From Nitrospiraceae bacterium (GTDB lineage: Bacteria; Nitrospirota; Nitrospiria; Nitrospirales; Nitrospiraceae), in NCBI GenBank assembly GCA_013140715.1, contig JABFSG010000023.1, positions 9,202-73,201 of the forward strand: DNA of 64,000 bases, in the 5' to 3' direction. Below the pieces are notes generated by a model that worked only from the letters and a program-made list of their open reading frames with translations, searched no databases and was not told where the DNA came from. Numbering within the stretch: position 1 is the first letter of the stretch; each line of letters opens with the position of its first letter. The position numbers were made by a program, and so were the translations under genes. Below are positions 1 to 8,799 of the stretch, piece by piece.

Positions 1-482
1 TAGAAGAGATTCTCACCCTGACGTGGGATCGTGTGGACTTGGAGAAGGGCCGGATCTTCCTCCCTGGCCATCTCACTAAGACTGGGCAAGAGCGGCTTGT
101 CCCGATCACGCCAACCCTCCGGCGGGAATTCCAGCGGCTACGGGCGCTGGATGGTGTGACACGTATCCAGGGGCTCGTCTTCCACAAGAACGGGGAGAAG
201 TTGAGTCATACCTACCGAGAAGTGCAGCGGCTGTGTGTGGAACAGAAGATTGAGGACTTTGTGTTTCACGACCTCCGCCACTGTGCCGTGACGAACCTGG
301 CTGACTCAGGGGTCGATACCGAAACGATCATGAAGATCGTCGGTCACTCCTCGGTGGAAATGTTTCTCCGCTATCGTGCGATCAAGCCGGGGACGTTAGA
401 CGCTGCAATGACTCGCCTGAACACGCTAATAACACGGCATGAGAACGCCGCTCGCCAAGCCATCGGAATCGCTGCACTATAG
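1..482 (+). CDS. tyrosine recombinase / phage-type integrase, C-terminal part (5' end lies outside the window)
   Basis: ORF 33..482 stays open to the window edge. It carries catalytic-domain motifs HDLRHCAVTNL and GHSSVEMFLRY (HxxR...Y). Its stop is 6 nt from the 3' end of tRNA-Leu. Confidence 0.8.
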   Translation, partial: EEILTLTWDRVDLEKGRIFLPGHLTKTGQERLVPITPTLRREFQRLRALDGVTRIQGLVFHKNGEKLSHTYREVQRLCVEQKIEDFVFHDLRHCAVTNLADSGVDTETIMKIVGHSSVEMFLRYRAIKPGTLDAAMTRLNTLITRHENAARQAIGIAAL

Positions 483-488
483 AGTAGT

Positions 489-575
489 TGGTGCCGAAGG
501 CGGGATTTGAACCCGCACACCCTTGCGGGCGCTAGACCCTGAATCTAGTGCGTCTGCCAGTTTCGCCACTTCGGC
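489..575 (-). tRNA. tRNA-Leu (anticodon CAG)
   Basis: The reverse complement folds by hand into a cloverleaf. Acceptor GCCGAAG/CTTCGGC, anticodon stem CTAGA/TCTAG with loop TTCAGGG, long variable arm, T arm CGGGTTCAAATCCCG, encoded CCA. Confidence 0.93.
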
Positions 576-619
576 ATATCGAGGTGGAAGCGGATTATCC
601 TGAATTATTGAGCTTCCCG

Positions 620-2089
620 TCAAGCAAGCGGCGTCGATGACCGAAGTTGCGACTCGCGTGAGGTCCACAGTCCTGATGCCGCAACGTCGCGCCGGTTACC
701 GCTGATCACGATCCGTTCACGGACGAGCCCTGCCGCGCCAAGCAGGGGGGCAGCCGCGATCCACGGCGCCTCGTCGGCGATCAAGACATCAAACCGGACG
801 CGATTGAACAGGGGATCGCTCAGCACTCGCGATGCTGTGGTCACCACGAGTCGTCTATTTTGGATGAATGCTTGACGGCTCGTGTCTTCCTCTGCCGCAA
901 GCAATTCCCGGATCTTTTTGGTTCCGCCAAGCCGGACGATCTCTTCTTTGAGCTCGCTAAACTCCGGCCGCATGTCTTTCGGCACAGCAGCTTCCGGCGC
1001 CAGCTCCGCGATGCGCGCTTTAGCGATATCGATTTCCCCCCGCAGTTCGGAGCATTGACTCTCGTACAGCGTGAGATACTGGTTGAAAGATTCGACGTTC
1101 TTCCCGACGGCCTGTAGGCTGAGCCGTTGCAGGAGCGGAAGGTTTTCATACGCAGACAAGGTGTCATTTGTCTCCTTGATCTTGGCTTGTAGGTCGCTGA
1201 CCTGCGTTAGCAATCGCCATTCCAGGAGGCGCACCTCATCGAGGTCCTTTTGCTTCTGTCCCTTGTGCGCCAACACCGGAGTCAACTCTCGAAACCGCTC
1301 GTACTTGCGCCGGAGCGCGGCCTTGTCTGCGCGCGACTTGGCATAGAACTGATACATCTGCGCTTCAAACCCCAGCTCGTGAATTCCAATACCTTCGACT
1401 TGCTGGGCCAATGTCATTTCATAACGACTCACCCAGGTCTGGTGCATGAGGCCCGCGGCTTTCATAGCTTTCGCGGTAGTTCCGACCAAGGAGTCTGCTG
1501 CCTGGTGATCAGGGCAGACCACCAGAATGCGTTTATTTGTGAGAATCATTTCGATGGCCAGCGCGCCCAATCGTTGCCTGCGCAGAGAGAGATCCTCCTC
1601 CCAGACGGTCGTGAGGACCGACGATCCAGTGCCTGTTCCGGAAAGATCCTCCGTTCCGGTAGTCGCTTCGAGGAGTGGAGCCAGACGATCTGCCGGGCCG
1701 AGTCGATAGGCGTCCGGCTGCGCGAGCATGTCGCGCAACCGCTTGGCTGATGTGGCCAGAAACCCGGCCCGATCGGGAATCACGGTTGCGCCGGTGCAGG
1801 TCTGTCCGATGGTATCGAATGTCTGAGCAAGGATGACATGGTTTTGTCCGGCAAGCACGATGCCTTCAGTCGGCTCCAGATCGTTCTGAGGCACGATCGA
1901 CAGGGGGGTGTCATGCGCGAGAGAGGAACCGTGCGGAAGCGTCAACTCATATAGGTGAAGCGCGCCGGTAGTGCCGACAAGTCGGCCTGTGACCTGATCA
2001 ATTGGCTGATCTAACGCGCTAGCGCTGACTCGCTTCTGTTCCGTTTCAAGCCGGAGCGCCCATGTTTCGAGAAGGTCTCGTGCGGTCAT
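620..2089 (-). CDS. degenerate SF1 (Upf1/DNA2-like) helicase-related protein, apparently lacking the P-loop and the second RecA domain
   Basis: 489-aa ORF. RILVVCPDHQAADSL and DVLIADEAPW...IVISGN resemble helicase motifs Ia and II/III, with a long coiled-coil insert between them. No GxxxxGK[ST] is seen. The ORF ends 45 nt from the tRNA. Confidence 0.5.
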   Translation of the reverse strand: MTARDLLETWALRLETEQKRVSASALDQPIDQVTGRLVGTTGALHLYELTLPHGSSLAHDTPLSIVPQNDLEPTEGIVLAGQNHVILAQTFDTIGQTCTGATVIPDRAGFLATSAKRLRDMLAQPDAYRLGPADRLAPLLEATTGTEDLSGTGTGSSVLTTVWEEDLSLRRQRLGALAIEMILTNKRILVVCPDHQAADSLVGTTAKAMKAAGLMHQTWVSRYEMTLAQQVEGIGIHELGFEAQMYQFYAKSRADKAALRRKYERFRELTPVLAHKGQKQKDLDEVRLLEWRLLTQVSDLQAKIKETNDTLSAYENLPLLQRLSLQAVGKNVESFNQYLTLYESQCSELRGEIDIAKARIAELAPEAAVPKDMRPEFSELKEEIVRLGGTKKIRELLAAEEDTSRQAFIQNRRLVVTTASRVLSDPLFNRVRFDVLIADEAPWIAAAPLLGAAGLVRERIVISGNRRDVAASGLWTSRESQLRSSTPLA

Positions 2090-2291
2090 GCGATCCCTAG
2101 ACAGTCGTTCTTATTCGCTGTTCGCCATCATACGGTCGGTCTTTACACCTGTCCAGCTTGCGCCGGGTACTTTCACGTTCACTATCGCCTTGACTATTCT
2201 GACAAAGAGGACGTTTCAGGCAGATTGCGAATTGACTTTTTGGCGGCCTCCCAGTATCCTCTTTCCCTTTCCAACAGAAGGAGTTAGGGGT

Positions 2292-2765
2292 ATGAAGGTC
2301 ATTCTACAGGAAACAATGGAGGGGGTTGGCCATCTCGGCGATCTGCTCGAAGTGAAAGCTGGGTACGCTCGGAACTTTTTGCTCCCGCGTAAGAAAGCGG
2401 TGTTGGCCGACAGTCGCAGCATCAAGGCCTTTGAGCACATCAAACGTGTCGCCGGCGAGCGGGCGAAGAAAGAAAAGCTGGAGATCGAAACTCACGCTAA
2501 GAGCATCTCGGCCGTGTCGATCACAGTGCAGGCTCAGGTCGGTAAGGACGACAAGATGTTCGGGTCGGTTACAGTCAAAGATATTGCGGAACGGTTACTG
2601 GAGCAAGGCTTTACGGTGGATCGGCGCAAGATCCAGCTGGAGCATCCGATCAAGGAACTCGGCACGTTCACTGTGCCGATCAAGCTTCCCCGTGACGTGA
2701 CGGCAACCGTGGCGATCCACGTTGTAAAGAAACAGGAAGCCGAAGCGGCCCCCACTGAGTCTTAA
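2292..2765 (+). CDS. rplI: 50S ribosomal protein L9
   Basis: [36 protein letters not shown] is a typical L9 N-terminus. I chose the internal ATG at 2292 of ORF 2088..2765. Confidence 0.93.
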   Translation: MKVILQETMEGVGHLGDLLEVKAGYARNFLLPRKKAVLADSRSIKAFEHIKRVAGERAKKEKLEIETHAKSISAVSITVQAQVGKDDKMFGSVTVKDIAERLLEQGFTVDRRKIQLEHPIKELGTFTVPIKLPRDVTATVAIHVVKKQEAEAAPTES

Positions 2766-2782
2766 TCAGGGAACCAGCGATC

Positions 2783-4045
2783 ATGAGCGATGCGATCGGT
2801 TCTTTAGAGGCACTCAAAGTCACAGACCCGGATGTCTATGCCGCGATTATTGCGGATGAAGCGCGGCAGCGTGAGAAACTGATTTTGATTGCCTCTGAGA
2901 ATTTTGCCAGTTCCGCCGTGCTGGCCGCCCAGGGATCTCTCATGACCAATAAGTATGCTGAAGGGTATCCGGGAAAACGGTACTACGGCGGTTGTCAGCA
3001 TGTGGATCGGGTTGAGGACCTCGCGATCGAGCGGTGTAAACAGATATTCGGCGCGGAACATGTGAACGTGCAGCCGCACGCAGGGTCCCAGGCCAATATG
3101 GCGGCCTACCTCTCCGTATTGAAACCGGGGGATACCATCCTGGGCATGGACCTCGCCCAAGGCGGTCACCTGACCCACGGCAGCAAGGTCAATTTTTCAG
3201 GGATCCTATTCCGTGTGTTTTCTTATGGTGTGGACCGTGAAACCGAAACCGTCAACTATGACGTGGTGCAGAAACTGGCGGAGGAATGCCGGCCACGTAT
3301 GCTGGTTGTCGGCGCCAGTGCCTATGCGCGCACCTTCGATTTTCCACGGTTCCAACAGATTGCGAAGTCGGTTGGAGCCTATCTATTGGTTGACATCGCT
3401 CATATTGCCGGCCTAATCGCTGCCGGGCTCCACCCGAATCCGGTTCCCTATGCCGATTTTGTTACGACAACCACCCATAAGACTCTGCGGGGACCGCGAG
3501 GCGGCGTCGTGATGTGCAAGGCTGAGCACGCCAAAGCGGTCGACAAGTTTATCTTCCCGGGAATACAAGGCGGACCCTTCATGCATGTGATCGCGGCAAA
3601 GGCCGTCGCCTTCAAGGAGGCCCTCTCACCGGCTTTCACTCGTTATCAGCAACAGGTGATCGCCAATGCGAAGGTACTGGCTCAAGGACTTCTCGACCGA
3701 GGATATAAGATTGTGTCGGGCGGCACGGATACGCACCTGATGTTGATGAATCTCACCAACAAGGGCATTACAGGCAAAGAAGCGGATGCAGCCTTGGGCT
3801 CTGCCGATATTATTGTGAACAAGAATGCCGTGCCTTACGACGAGAAACCGCCGGCTGTCGCCAGCGGCGTTCGGCTGGGGACTCCCCTTCTTTCTACACG
3901 TGGGATGAAAGAAGCCGAGATGAAAGAGATTGTCGGCTTGATCGACCGGGCGCTGCAGCATCGGCATGATCCCGCGATACTCGAAGAGGTCCGTGCGCAG
4001 GCCAAAGCGCTCTGCAGCCGTTTCCCACTTTTTCACACCTACTAA
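2783..4045 (+). CDS. glyA: serine hydroxymethyltransferase
   Basis: 420 aa with [23 protein letters not shown] and [14 protein letters not shown] (PLP-lysine region). Confidence 0.97.
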   Translation: MSDAIGSLEALKVTDPDVYAAIIADEARQREKLILIASENFASSAVLAAQGSLMTNKYAEGYPGKRYYGGCQHVDRVEDLAIERCKQIFGAEHVNVQPHAGSQANMAAYLSVLKPGDTILGMDLAQGGHLTHGSKVNFSGILFRVFSYGVDRETETVNYDVVQKLAEECRPRMLVVGASAYARTFDFPRFQQIAKSVGAYLLVDIAHIAGLIAAGLHPNPVPYADFVTTTTHKTLRGPRGGVVMCKAEHAKAVDKFIFPGIQGGPFMHVIAAKAVAFKEALSPAFTRYQQQVIANAKVLAQGLLDRGYKIVSGGTDTHLMLMNLTNKGITGKEADAALGSADIIVNKNAVPYDEKPPAVASGVRLGTPLLSTRGMKEAEMKEIVGLIDRALQHRHDPAILEEVRAQAKALCSRFPLFHTY

Positions 4046-4076
4046 ACCGCGTAAGTATGGGGCAGGATCGCCGCCT

Positions 4077-4541
4077 GTGAAATGTCCGTTCTGCGATGAA
4101 CTCGAAGACAAGGTCGTCGACTCGCGCATGGCAAAAGAAGGCGAGCTGATTCGCCGCCGCCGCGAGTGTCTTGGCTGTAAGCGTCGCTATACCACCTACG
4201 AACGCGTCGATGAAATTCTTCCCATGGTGGTGAAAAAGGATGCCCGCAGGGAGTCCTTCGACCGCTCCAAAATTCTTGCGGGTCTTAAGAAGGCCTGCGA
4301 AAAACGACCTATCAGCACCGCTACGATCGAATCTGTGACGGATCGCATCGAGAAACGTATTCAGGAAATGGGGGAAACTGAAATTGAGAGTCGGATCGTG
4401 GGCGAAGAGTTGATGAAAGAGCTTCATCAACTGGATCAGGTCGCCTATGTTCGCTTTGCGTCGGTCTACCGTGAGTTCAAAGACATCGACCAGTTCATGG
4501 ACGAGCTGAGAATCTTGGCCCAGCAACGCCGCGAGCGGTGA
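4077..4541 (+). CDS. nrdR: transcriptional repressor NrdR
   Basis: GTG start gives (M)[16 protein letters not shown]...[14 protein letters not shown] (zinc ribbon) followed by an ATP-cone. The upstream part of ORF 3966..4541 overlaps glyA and was discarded. Confidence 0.93.
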   Translation: MKCPFCDELEDKVVDSRMAKEGELIRRRRECLGCKRRYTTYERVDEILPMVVKKDARRESFDRSKILAGLKKACEKRPISTATIESVTDRIEKRIQEMGETEIESRIVGEELMKELHQLDQVAYVRFASVYREFKDIDQFMDELRILAQQRRER

Positions 4542-4641
4542 GAGCCGCAGGCTCCTCCTGCTCCCTCGTCGCCCTCTCTGTGTCCCTCCGCCGTTCGTCG
4601 GTCTACAACCAGGTGCAATTTCCCAACGAGTAGGCGTCAAG

Positions 4642-5751
4642 ATGCCAAGGGCGCGTACCATGCCTTCCAGACGATCGCGCGTAAATATGGCGCCGAGCGC
4701 AACGCATGTGGCGATTATCGGCGCCGGTCGAGGCGGCACGGCACTGATCGAGGTTTTTGCGGCAGACCCGCTGGTCCAGATCGTGGGTGTGGCAGAAATC
4801 AAGGCAAACGCTCCTGGCGTTGTGCTGGCGAAGCGGCTCAATATCCCTGTCACCCGGGATTACCGACGACTTCTGGAACTCGAGCACGTGGATCTCCTGA
4901 TCGACGTGTCGGGTAATGCCAAGGTCTGGGAGCTGCTCCAGGACTACCACCGGATGGGCGTCACCATCATCGGCGGGGCAAGCGCCAAATTCATGTGGGA
5001 ACTCATCGAGGCTCGGATTCGCGCCACGGCAGAGATCGAGAAATCCTTGAATAAATACCAATCGCTTTATCGGCTGTATGTCAAGGAGACGAGTGTGGCA
5101 GTGACAGATGAACGGACACGCATTGCCTGCGAAATGCACGATGGCCTCGTGCAGAATCTGGCAGGGGTGAACTTCAAATTGGATCTGAGCCTGCAACTGA
5201 TTCGGAAAGATCCGAAAGCCAGCCTGGCTACCTTGCGCGAAGGCAAGGCCCAACTGAAGCTGGCCATCCATGAATCGCGGCAAGCCATCTTCAACCTTCG
5301 CCCGCTCCACTACGACAAGATGGAGTTGCTCCCGGCTTTGACCAACTATCTCACCTCCTACGAAACCCAGTACCATATCAAGACGCAGTTCCGCGTATCC
5401 GGCGATGAACAGATCTTGTTTCCGCGCACCAAAATCTTCTTGTTTCGTATTGTGCAGGAAGCCCTCAGCAACGTCGAGAAACATGCGAAAGCGACGCGGG
5501 TTACCGTGAGGCTTGACATCGACCCCAATCTCCTCCGCGTCACCATCGTGGACAACGGTGTGGGATTCGACATGGACACCGTGCTGCGTGACCCCGACAA
5601 ATGGGATCACTTCGGGATTCGTGGAATCCTGGAACGGGCTCGGCTTGTGGGCGGTGAAGGCAAGATCGAATCAAAAAAAGGGTATGGCACGACTATCGTT
5701 GTCGACATTCCTCTGGATAAAAAGGAGACGAGGTCTCATGGAGAAGATTAA
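4642..5751 (+). CDS. cytoplasmic sensor histidine kinase (HisKA_3 / NarL-partner type) with an N-terminal Rossmann-like domain
   Basis: VAIIGAGRGGTALIEVF dinucleotide-fold motif near the N-terminus. H-box CEMHDGLVQNLAG. HATPase_c region EALSNVEKHA...DNGVGF...GIRGILERA. No transmembrane segment is evident. Confidence 0.85.
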   Translation: MPRARTMPSRRSRVNMAPSATHVAIIGAGRGGTALIEVFAADPLVQIVGVAEIKANAPGVVLAKRLNIPVTRDYRRLLELEHVDLLIDVSGNAKVWELLQDYHRMGVTIIGGASAKFMWELIEARIRATAEIEKSLNKYQSLYRLYVKETSVAVTDERTRIACEMHDGLVQNLAGVNFKLDLSLQLIRKDPKASLATLREGKAQLKLAIHESRQAIFNLRPLHYDKMELLPALTNYLTSYETQYHIKTQFRVSGDEQILFPRTKIFLFRIVQEALSNVEKHAKATRVTVRLDIDPNLLRVTIVDNGVGFDMDTVLRDPDKWDHFGIRGILERARLVGGEGKIESKKGYGTTIVVDIPLDKKETRSHGED

Positions 5752-6409
5752 GGTGCTTATCGCAGACGACCATCGCGTGGTACGAGAAGGGCTGGCCGCA
5801 ATTCTTAAGATGAAAGACGACATTCATATCGTGGGTGAGGCTCAGGACGGCATGGAAGCTGTCGAAAAGGTGAAGACTTTGATGCCAGACGTCGTGTTGA
5901 TGGACGTGAGCATGCCCAGGATGGGCGGGGTCGAAGCCACCAGACAGATCAAGCGAGAATCTCCACACATAGGGATTGTGGCCCTGACGATGTATGACGA
6001 GCAGCAATACATTTTCGATTTGGTGCGTGCCGGCGCCACAGGATATCTCCTGAAGGATTCCGAGTCGTCGCAGATCGTCGCAGCAATTCGCGCAATTTAC
6101 AAGGGCGAGTCACTGATCCATCCATCCGTGGCGAGCAAGATTCTGGCGGAGTTCTCCTTGATGTCGCAGAAGAAAGGGAAGAAGCCAGGGTGGGTCGAGC
6201 ATGATTTGACGGAACGAGAGATTACGGTCCTCCGGTTGGTTGCAGACGGTAAGACGAACAAGGAGATTGCCAACAACTTGGATTTGAGCGAAAAGACCGT
6301 CAAGAATCATGTGCGGAATATTTTTCATAAGCTCCAAGTTTATGATCGTACTCAGGCCGCAATCCTGGCGATCCGGAAGGGCCTGATCGAGTTGGATCCG
6401 CGGCCCTAA
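5738..6409 (+). CDS. NarL/LuxR-family response regulator
   Basis: MEKIKVLIADDHRVVREG...DVVLMDVSMP receiver domain plus a C-terminal LTEREITVLRLVADGKTNKEIA HTH. It overlaps the kinase stop by 14 nt. Confidence 0.92.
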   Translation: MEKIKVLIADDHRVVREGLAAILKMKDDIHIVGEAQDGMEAVEKVKTLMPDVVLMDVSMPRMGGVEATRQIKRESPHIGIVALTMYDEQQYIFDLVRAGATGYLLKDSESSQIVAAIRAIYKGESLIHPSVASKILAEFSLMSQKKGKKPGWVEHDLTEREITVLRLVADGKTNKEIANNLDLSEKTVKNHVRNIFHKLQVYDRTQAAILAIRKGLIELDPRP

Positions 6410-6666
6410 TTTCATTGTGATCAGATATTCTTTGTCAGCCATCGATAGGTCATGACCCATTTCAACAATCTTTTATGCCAGTCGTGGTGTTTAAATTCAT
6501 ATTCAGTTGAGGTGGTTCCTTGCAAACAAGGGCGTGTATTCTGAGTCGATAACTATTTGAAAAGTCACAGGTGTGAGGTTTTTACAACACGACATCACAT
6601 CGCCACACTCATCGAATATTATTTTAATATCAGCAAGTTACAACATATTTTTACGATAATTCTAGT

Positions 6667-6682
6667 TGGTACACGAATTGCT
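6667..6682 (+). promoter_or_regulatory. candidate sigma-54 (-24/-12) promoter upstream of lpxC
   Basis: TGGTACacgaaTTGCT compared with the consensus TGGCACG-N4-TTGCW. GG and GC have the correct spacing. It lies ~35 nt upstream of the GTG start, with GAGGTG as the SD. Confidence 0.4.
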
Positions 6683-6715
6683 GATAGGCACAGTGTAATT
6701 TATTGAGGTGATTCT

Positions 6716-7651
6716 GTGCGGGCTCAACAAACATTAGCGAATGCAGTCAGCTGTACAGGGGTTGGGCTCCACTCTGGGAAGCCGGTCACTCTCACGCTCA
6801 GACCCGCCACACCAAATACAGGGATTGTCTTTGTCAATCGGAACGGCAAGGATGGAGCTTCCCTTGCAGCCTCCATTGAACATGTAGTGCCTACCGAACT
6901 CTGTACGGCGATCAGTGGCAATGGGTTTCAGGTCCAGACGATTGAGCACGTCCTGGCTGCATTAGCCGGACTCGACATTGATAACGTCTATGTTGAACTG
7001 ACTGCCGGAGAGGCTCCCGTCATGGACGGCAGCGCGGGGCACTTTGTTCGCTTGATTCAGTCGGCCGGGATTGTTTCACAGAGCCGGCGGCAGCCCTATC
7101 TGAAAATTACGCAGCCGCTTGAGGTTGTGGACGGAGTTCGCCGAGTTCGTATCGAACCTTCTTCAACCACGAAGATCACCTATTCTATCCAGTACAACCA
7201 TCCTTTGATCCAGACTCAGACCTACGGCTATGAACATTCGGCCCATTTGTTTGAGCGAGAGATTGCCGATGCCAGGACATTTGGATTCTTACAAGAAGTG
7301 GAAGCCATTTGGGCTCGCGGCCTCGGTCAGGGTGGTAACCTGGACAATACGATCGTTCTTTCTCAAGACGGTATTCTCAATGAATCGGGCCTCCGCTTTA
7401 CCAACGAGTTCGTGCGACACAAGATTCTGGATCTGATAGGGGACTTCTCGTTGCTCGGAGTACCCTTTATCGGGCACTTGATCGCCGAACGTTCTGGGCA
7501 TGCGCTGCATACGCGCCTTGTCCAACAGATTCTCGCCCACCCCGATAGCTGGGTATTGCTCAACACCGAGGACTCAGTCTCGGTGCATGAGTCTCGTTCT
7601 GCGATGGCAACACCTCGATTAGCATCGTTAGTAGCCCTCCAAGCTTCCTAA
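6716..7651 (+). CDS. lpxC: UDP-3-O-acyl-N-acetylglucosamine deacetylase
   Basis: TGVGLHSGKPVTLTLRPA, TIEHVLAAL and HKILDLIGD are LpxC hallmarks. GTG start. Confidence 0.95.
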   Translation: MRAQQTLANAVSCTGVGLHSGKPVTLTLRPATPNTGIVFVNRNGKDGASLAASIEHVVPTELCTAISGNGFQVQTIEHVLAALAGLDIDNVYVELTAGEAPVMDGSAGHFVRLIQSAGIVSQSRRQPYLKITQPLEVVDGVRRVRIEPSSTTKITYSIQYNHPLIQTQTYGYEHSAHLFEREIADARTFGFLQEVEAIWARGLGQGGNLDNTIVLSQDGILNESGLRFTNEFVRHKILDLIGDFSLLGVPFIGHLIAERSGHALHTRLVQQILAHPDSWVLLNTEDSVSVHESRSAMATPRLASLVALQAS

Positions 7652-8029
7652 TATTCATCGCCTATATCCAGAGCGTGGGTTTCGGATCTTCGCCAGCTAC
7701 AGGTTAGCGCGTCGTGGGCATGAACATTCTTTTTTGACGTTCATCCCTAATTGCCTGTGGCCGACAGATTAATTTTGAGGGCTCCAGCAGAGCTTTTCTG
7801 TAGCCTGTTGGTTTTTAGATAGAACCGTGCCCAGGGCCGTACCGATACAAGCCGGACGATGCGTGAGGCGCTGGTGATTGAAATGTGATTTAACGTCGGG
7901 AGCGAGTAGCCTCACCCCCGACGCTAGAATCAAGGCGGGGACTACTTCTTCTTCTTCTTTGCTGCTGCTTTCTTCGTTGCCAAGACTCTCACCCCCTTCC
8001 GTGATTTTGAGATCTACTACTCAGACACA

Positions 8030-8539
8030 CTAGACTGCGTGGATTAAGGACTGTTCCAATGCTTCGAATGTATTGGGACCTACCTTCTTGAATCGCTTGT
8101 CCCGTTTCAATGACGTGGCCACAGATGTCAGCGGCGTTTTCCCCTTGATCTGGAGCCCTCCCTCGACCAATCGCTGCACCAGCTCTTTTGCGTGCATCGG
8201 GCGATTCGCCTCGCGGAGCATTTCGTAGGCAGCTTCCGACACGCTTTTCCCCGAATACTTGCTCCGCCCCATGAGAATTTCTCTCGACTGGTCAGTAACA
8301 TCTGTATTCGGTCGCTGGCGAGCGCCTTTTTCGTCGGAATAAAATTGACTGGAGAGGCTGGCGAGTTTGGCCTTGTCGGCTTCAACTCGATAGAGAGTTT
8401 CTGCCAATTCCAAATATTTTTTGATCGTGGCGATTTCGTCGTCCAAGCGGCGACGTTTCTTTTCAAGCTCTTGCAGGCGGTTCTTATAGGCGCTGATTCG
8501 CTGCTCAAGACCGACCAATATATCGGTGAGTTCTTCCAC
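8030..8539 (-). CDS. coiled-coil protein with a C-terminal HARE-HTH-like winged helix
   Basis: 169 aa. The N-terminal half has a heptad-like pattern (LQELEKKRRRLDDEIATIKKYLE). The C-terminus MHAKELVQRLVEGGLQIKGKTPLTSVATSLKRDKRFKKVGPNTFAL resembles the HARE-HTH fold. Confidence 0.6.
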   Translation of the reverse strand: MEELTDILVGLEQRISAYKNRLQELEKKRRRLDDEIATIKKYLELAETLYRVEADKAKLASLSSQFYSDEKGARQRPNTDVTDQSREILMGRSKYSGKSVSEAAYEMLREANRPMHAKELVQRLVEGGLQIKGKTPLTSVATSLKRDKRFKKVGPNTFEALEQSLIHAV

Positions 8540-8799
8540 GAAATTGCCCCCAAGTGAAGCATACTTGCTTTATAGCATTGCTTTCATAGCAAGTCAATAG
8601 ATAAAGTTGCAGTAATAGCTTGCATTGGATTATCGCTTCCAAACGAAATTATGCTTAAAAATGATGCTATCTGCTCTGTCAACAAGAGTAGCGGGAAGCT
8701 AAATTGGCCATAGCCTCATTTGGGCGGGCAGCTCTCCTGTTGAGAGGTGTCTTTATTCTTGAAAGAGTAAACATCGGCCTCGTGTTATGATGCCGCCCC

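Noticed and set aside
2088-2291. The N-terminal 68-aa extension of the L9 ORF. The same question applies to long 5' extensions of ORFs 47715..48455, 53121..53825, 30803..32188, 55163..55852 and 26620..27216.
   Set aside because: The extensions overlap neighbouring genes or lack homology. Internal starts give canonical N-termini preceded by SD-like sequences.
3894-5610. Long antisense ORFs in the track (for example 3894..4853-, 4603..5610-). Similar ones elsewhere are 15131..15850-, 25751..26620-, 40890..41591-, 53702..54532-, 21033..21623- and 19254..19952-.
   Set aside because: Each lies fully opposite a gene with unmistakable family motifs. They have Arg/Gly/Pro-heavy, motif-free translations typical of shadow ORFs in GC-rich coding DNA.
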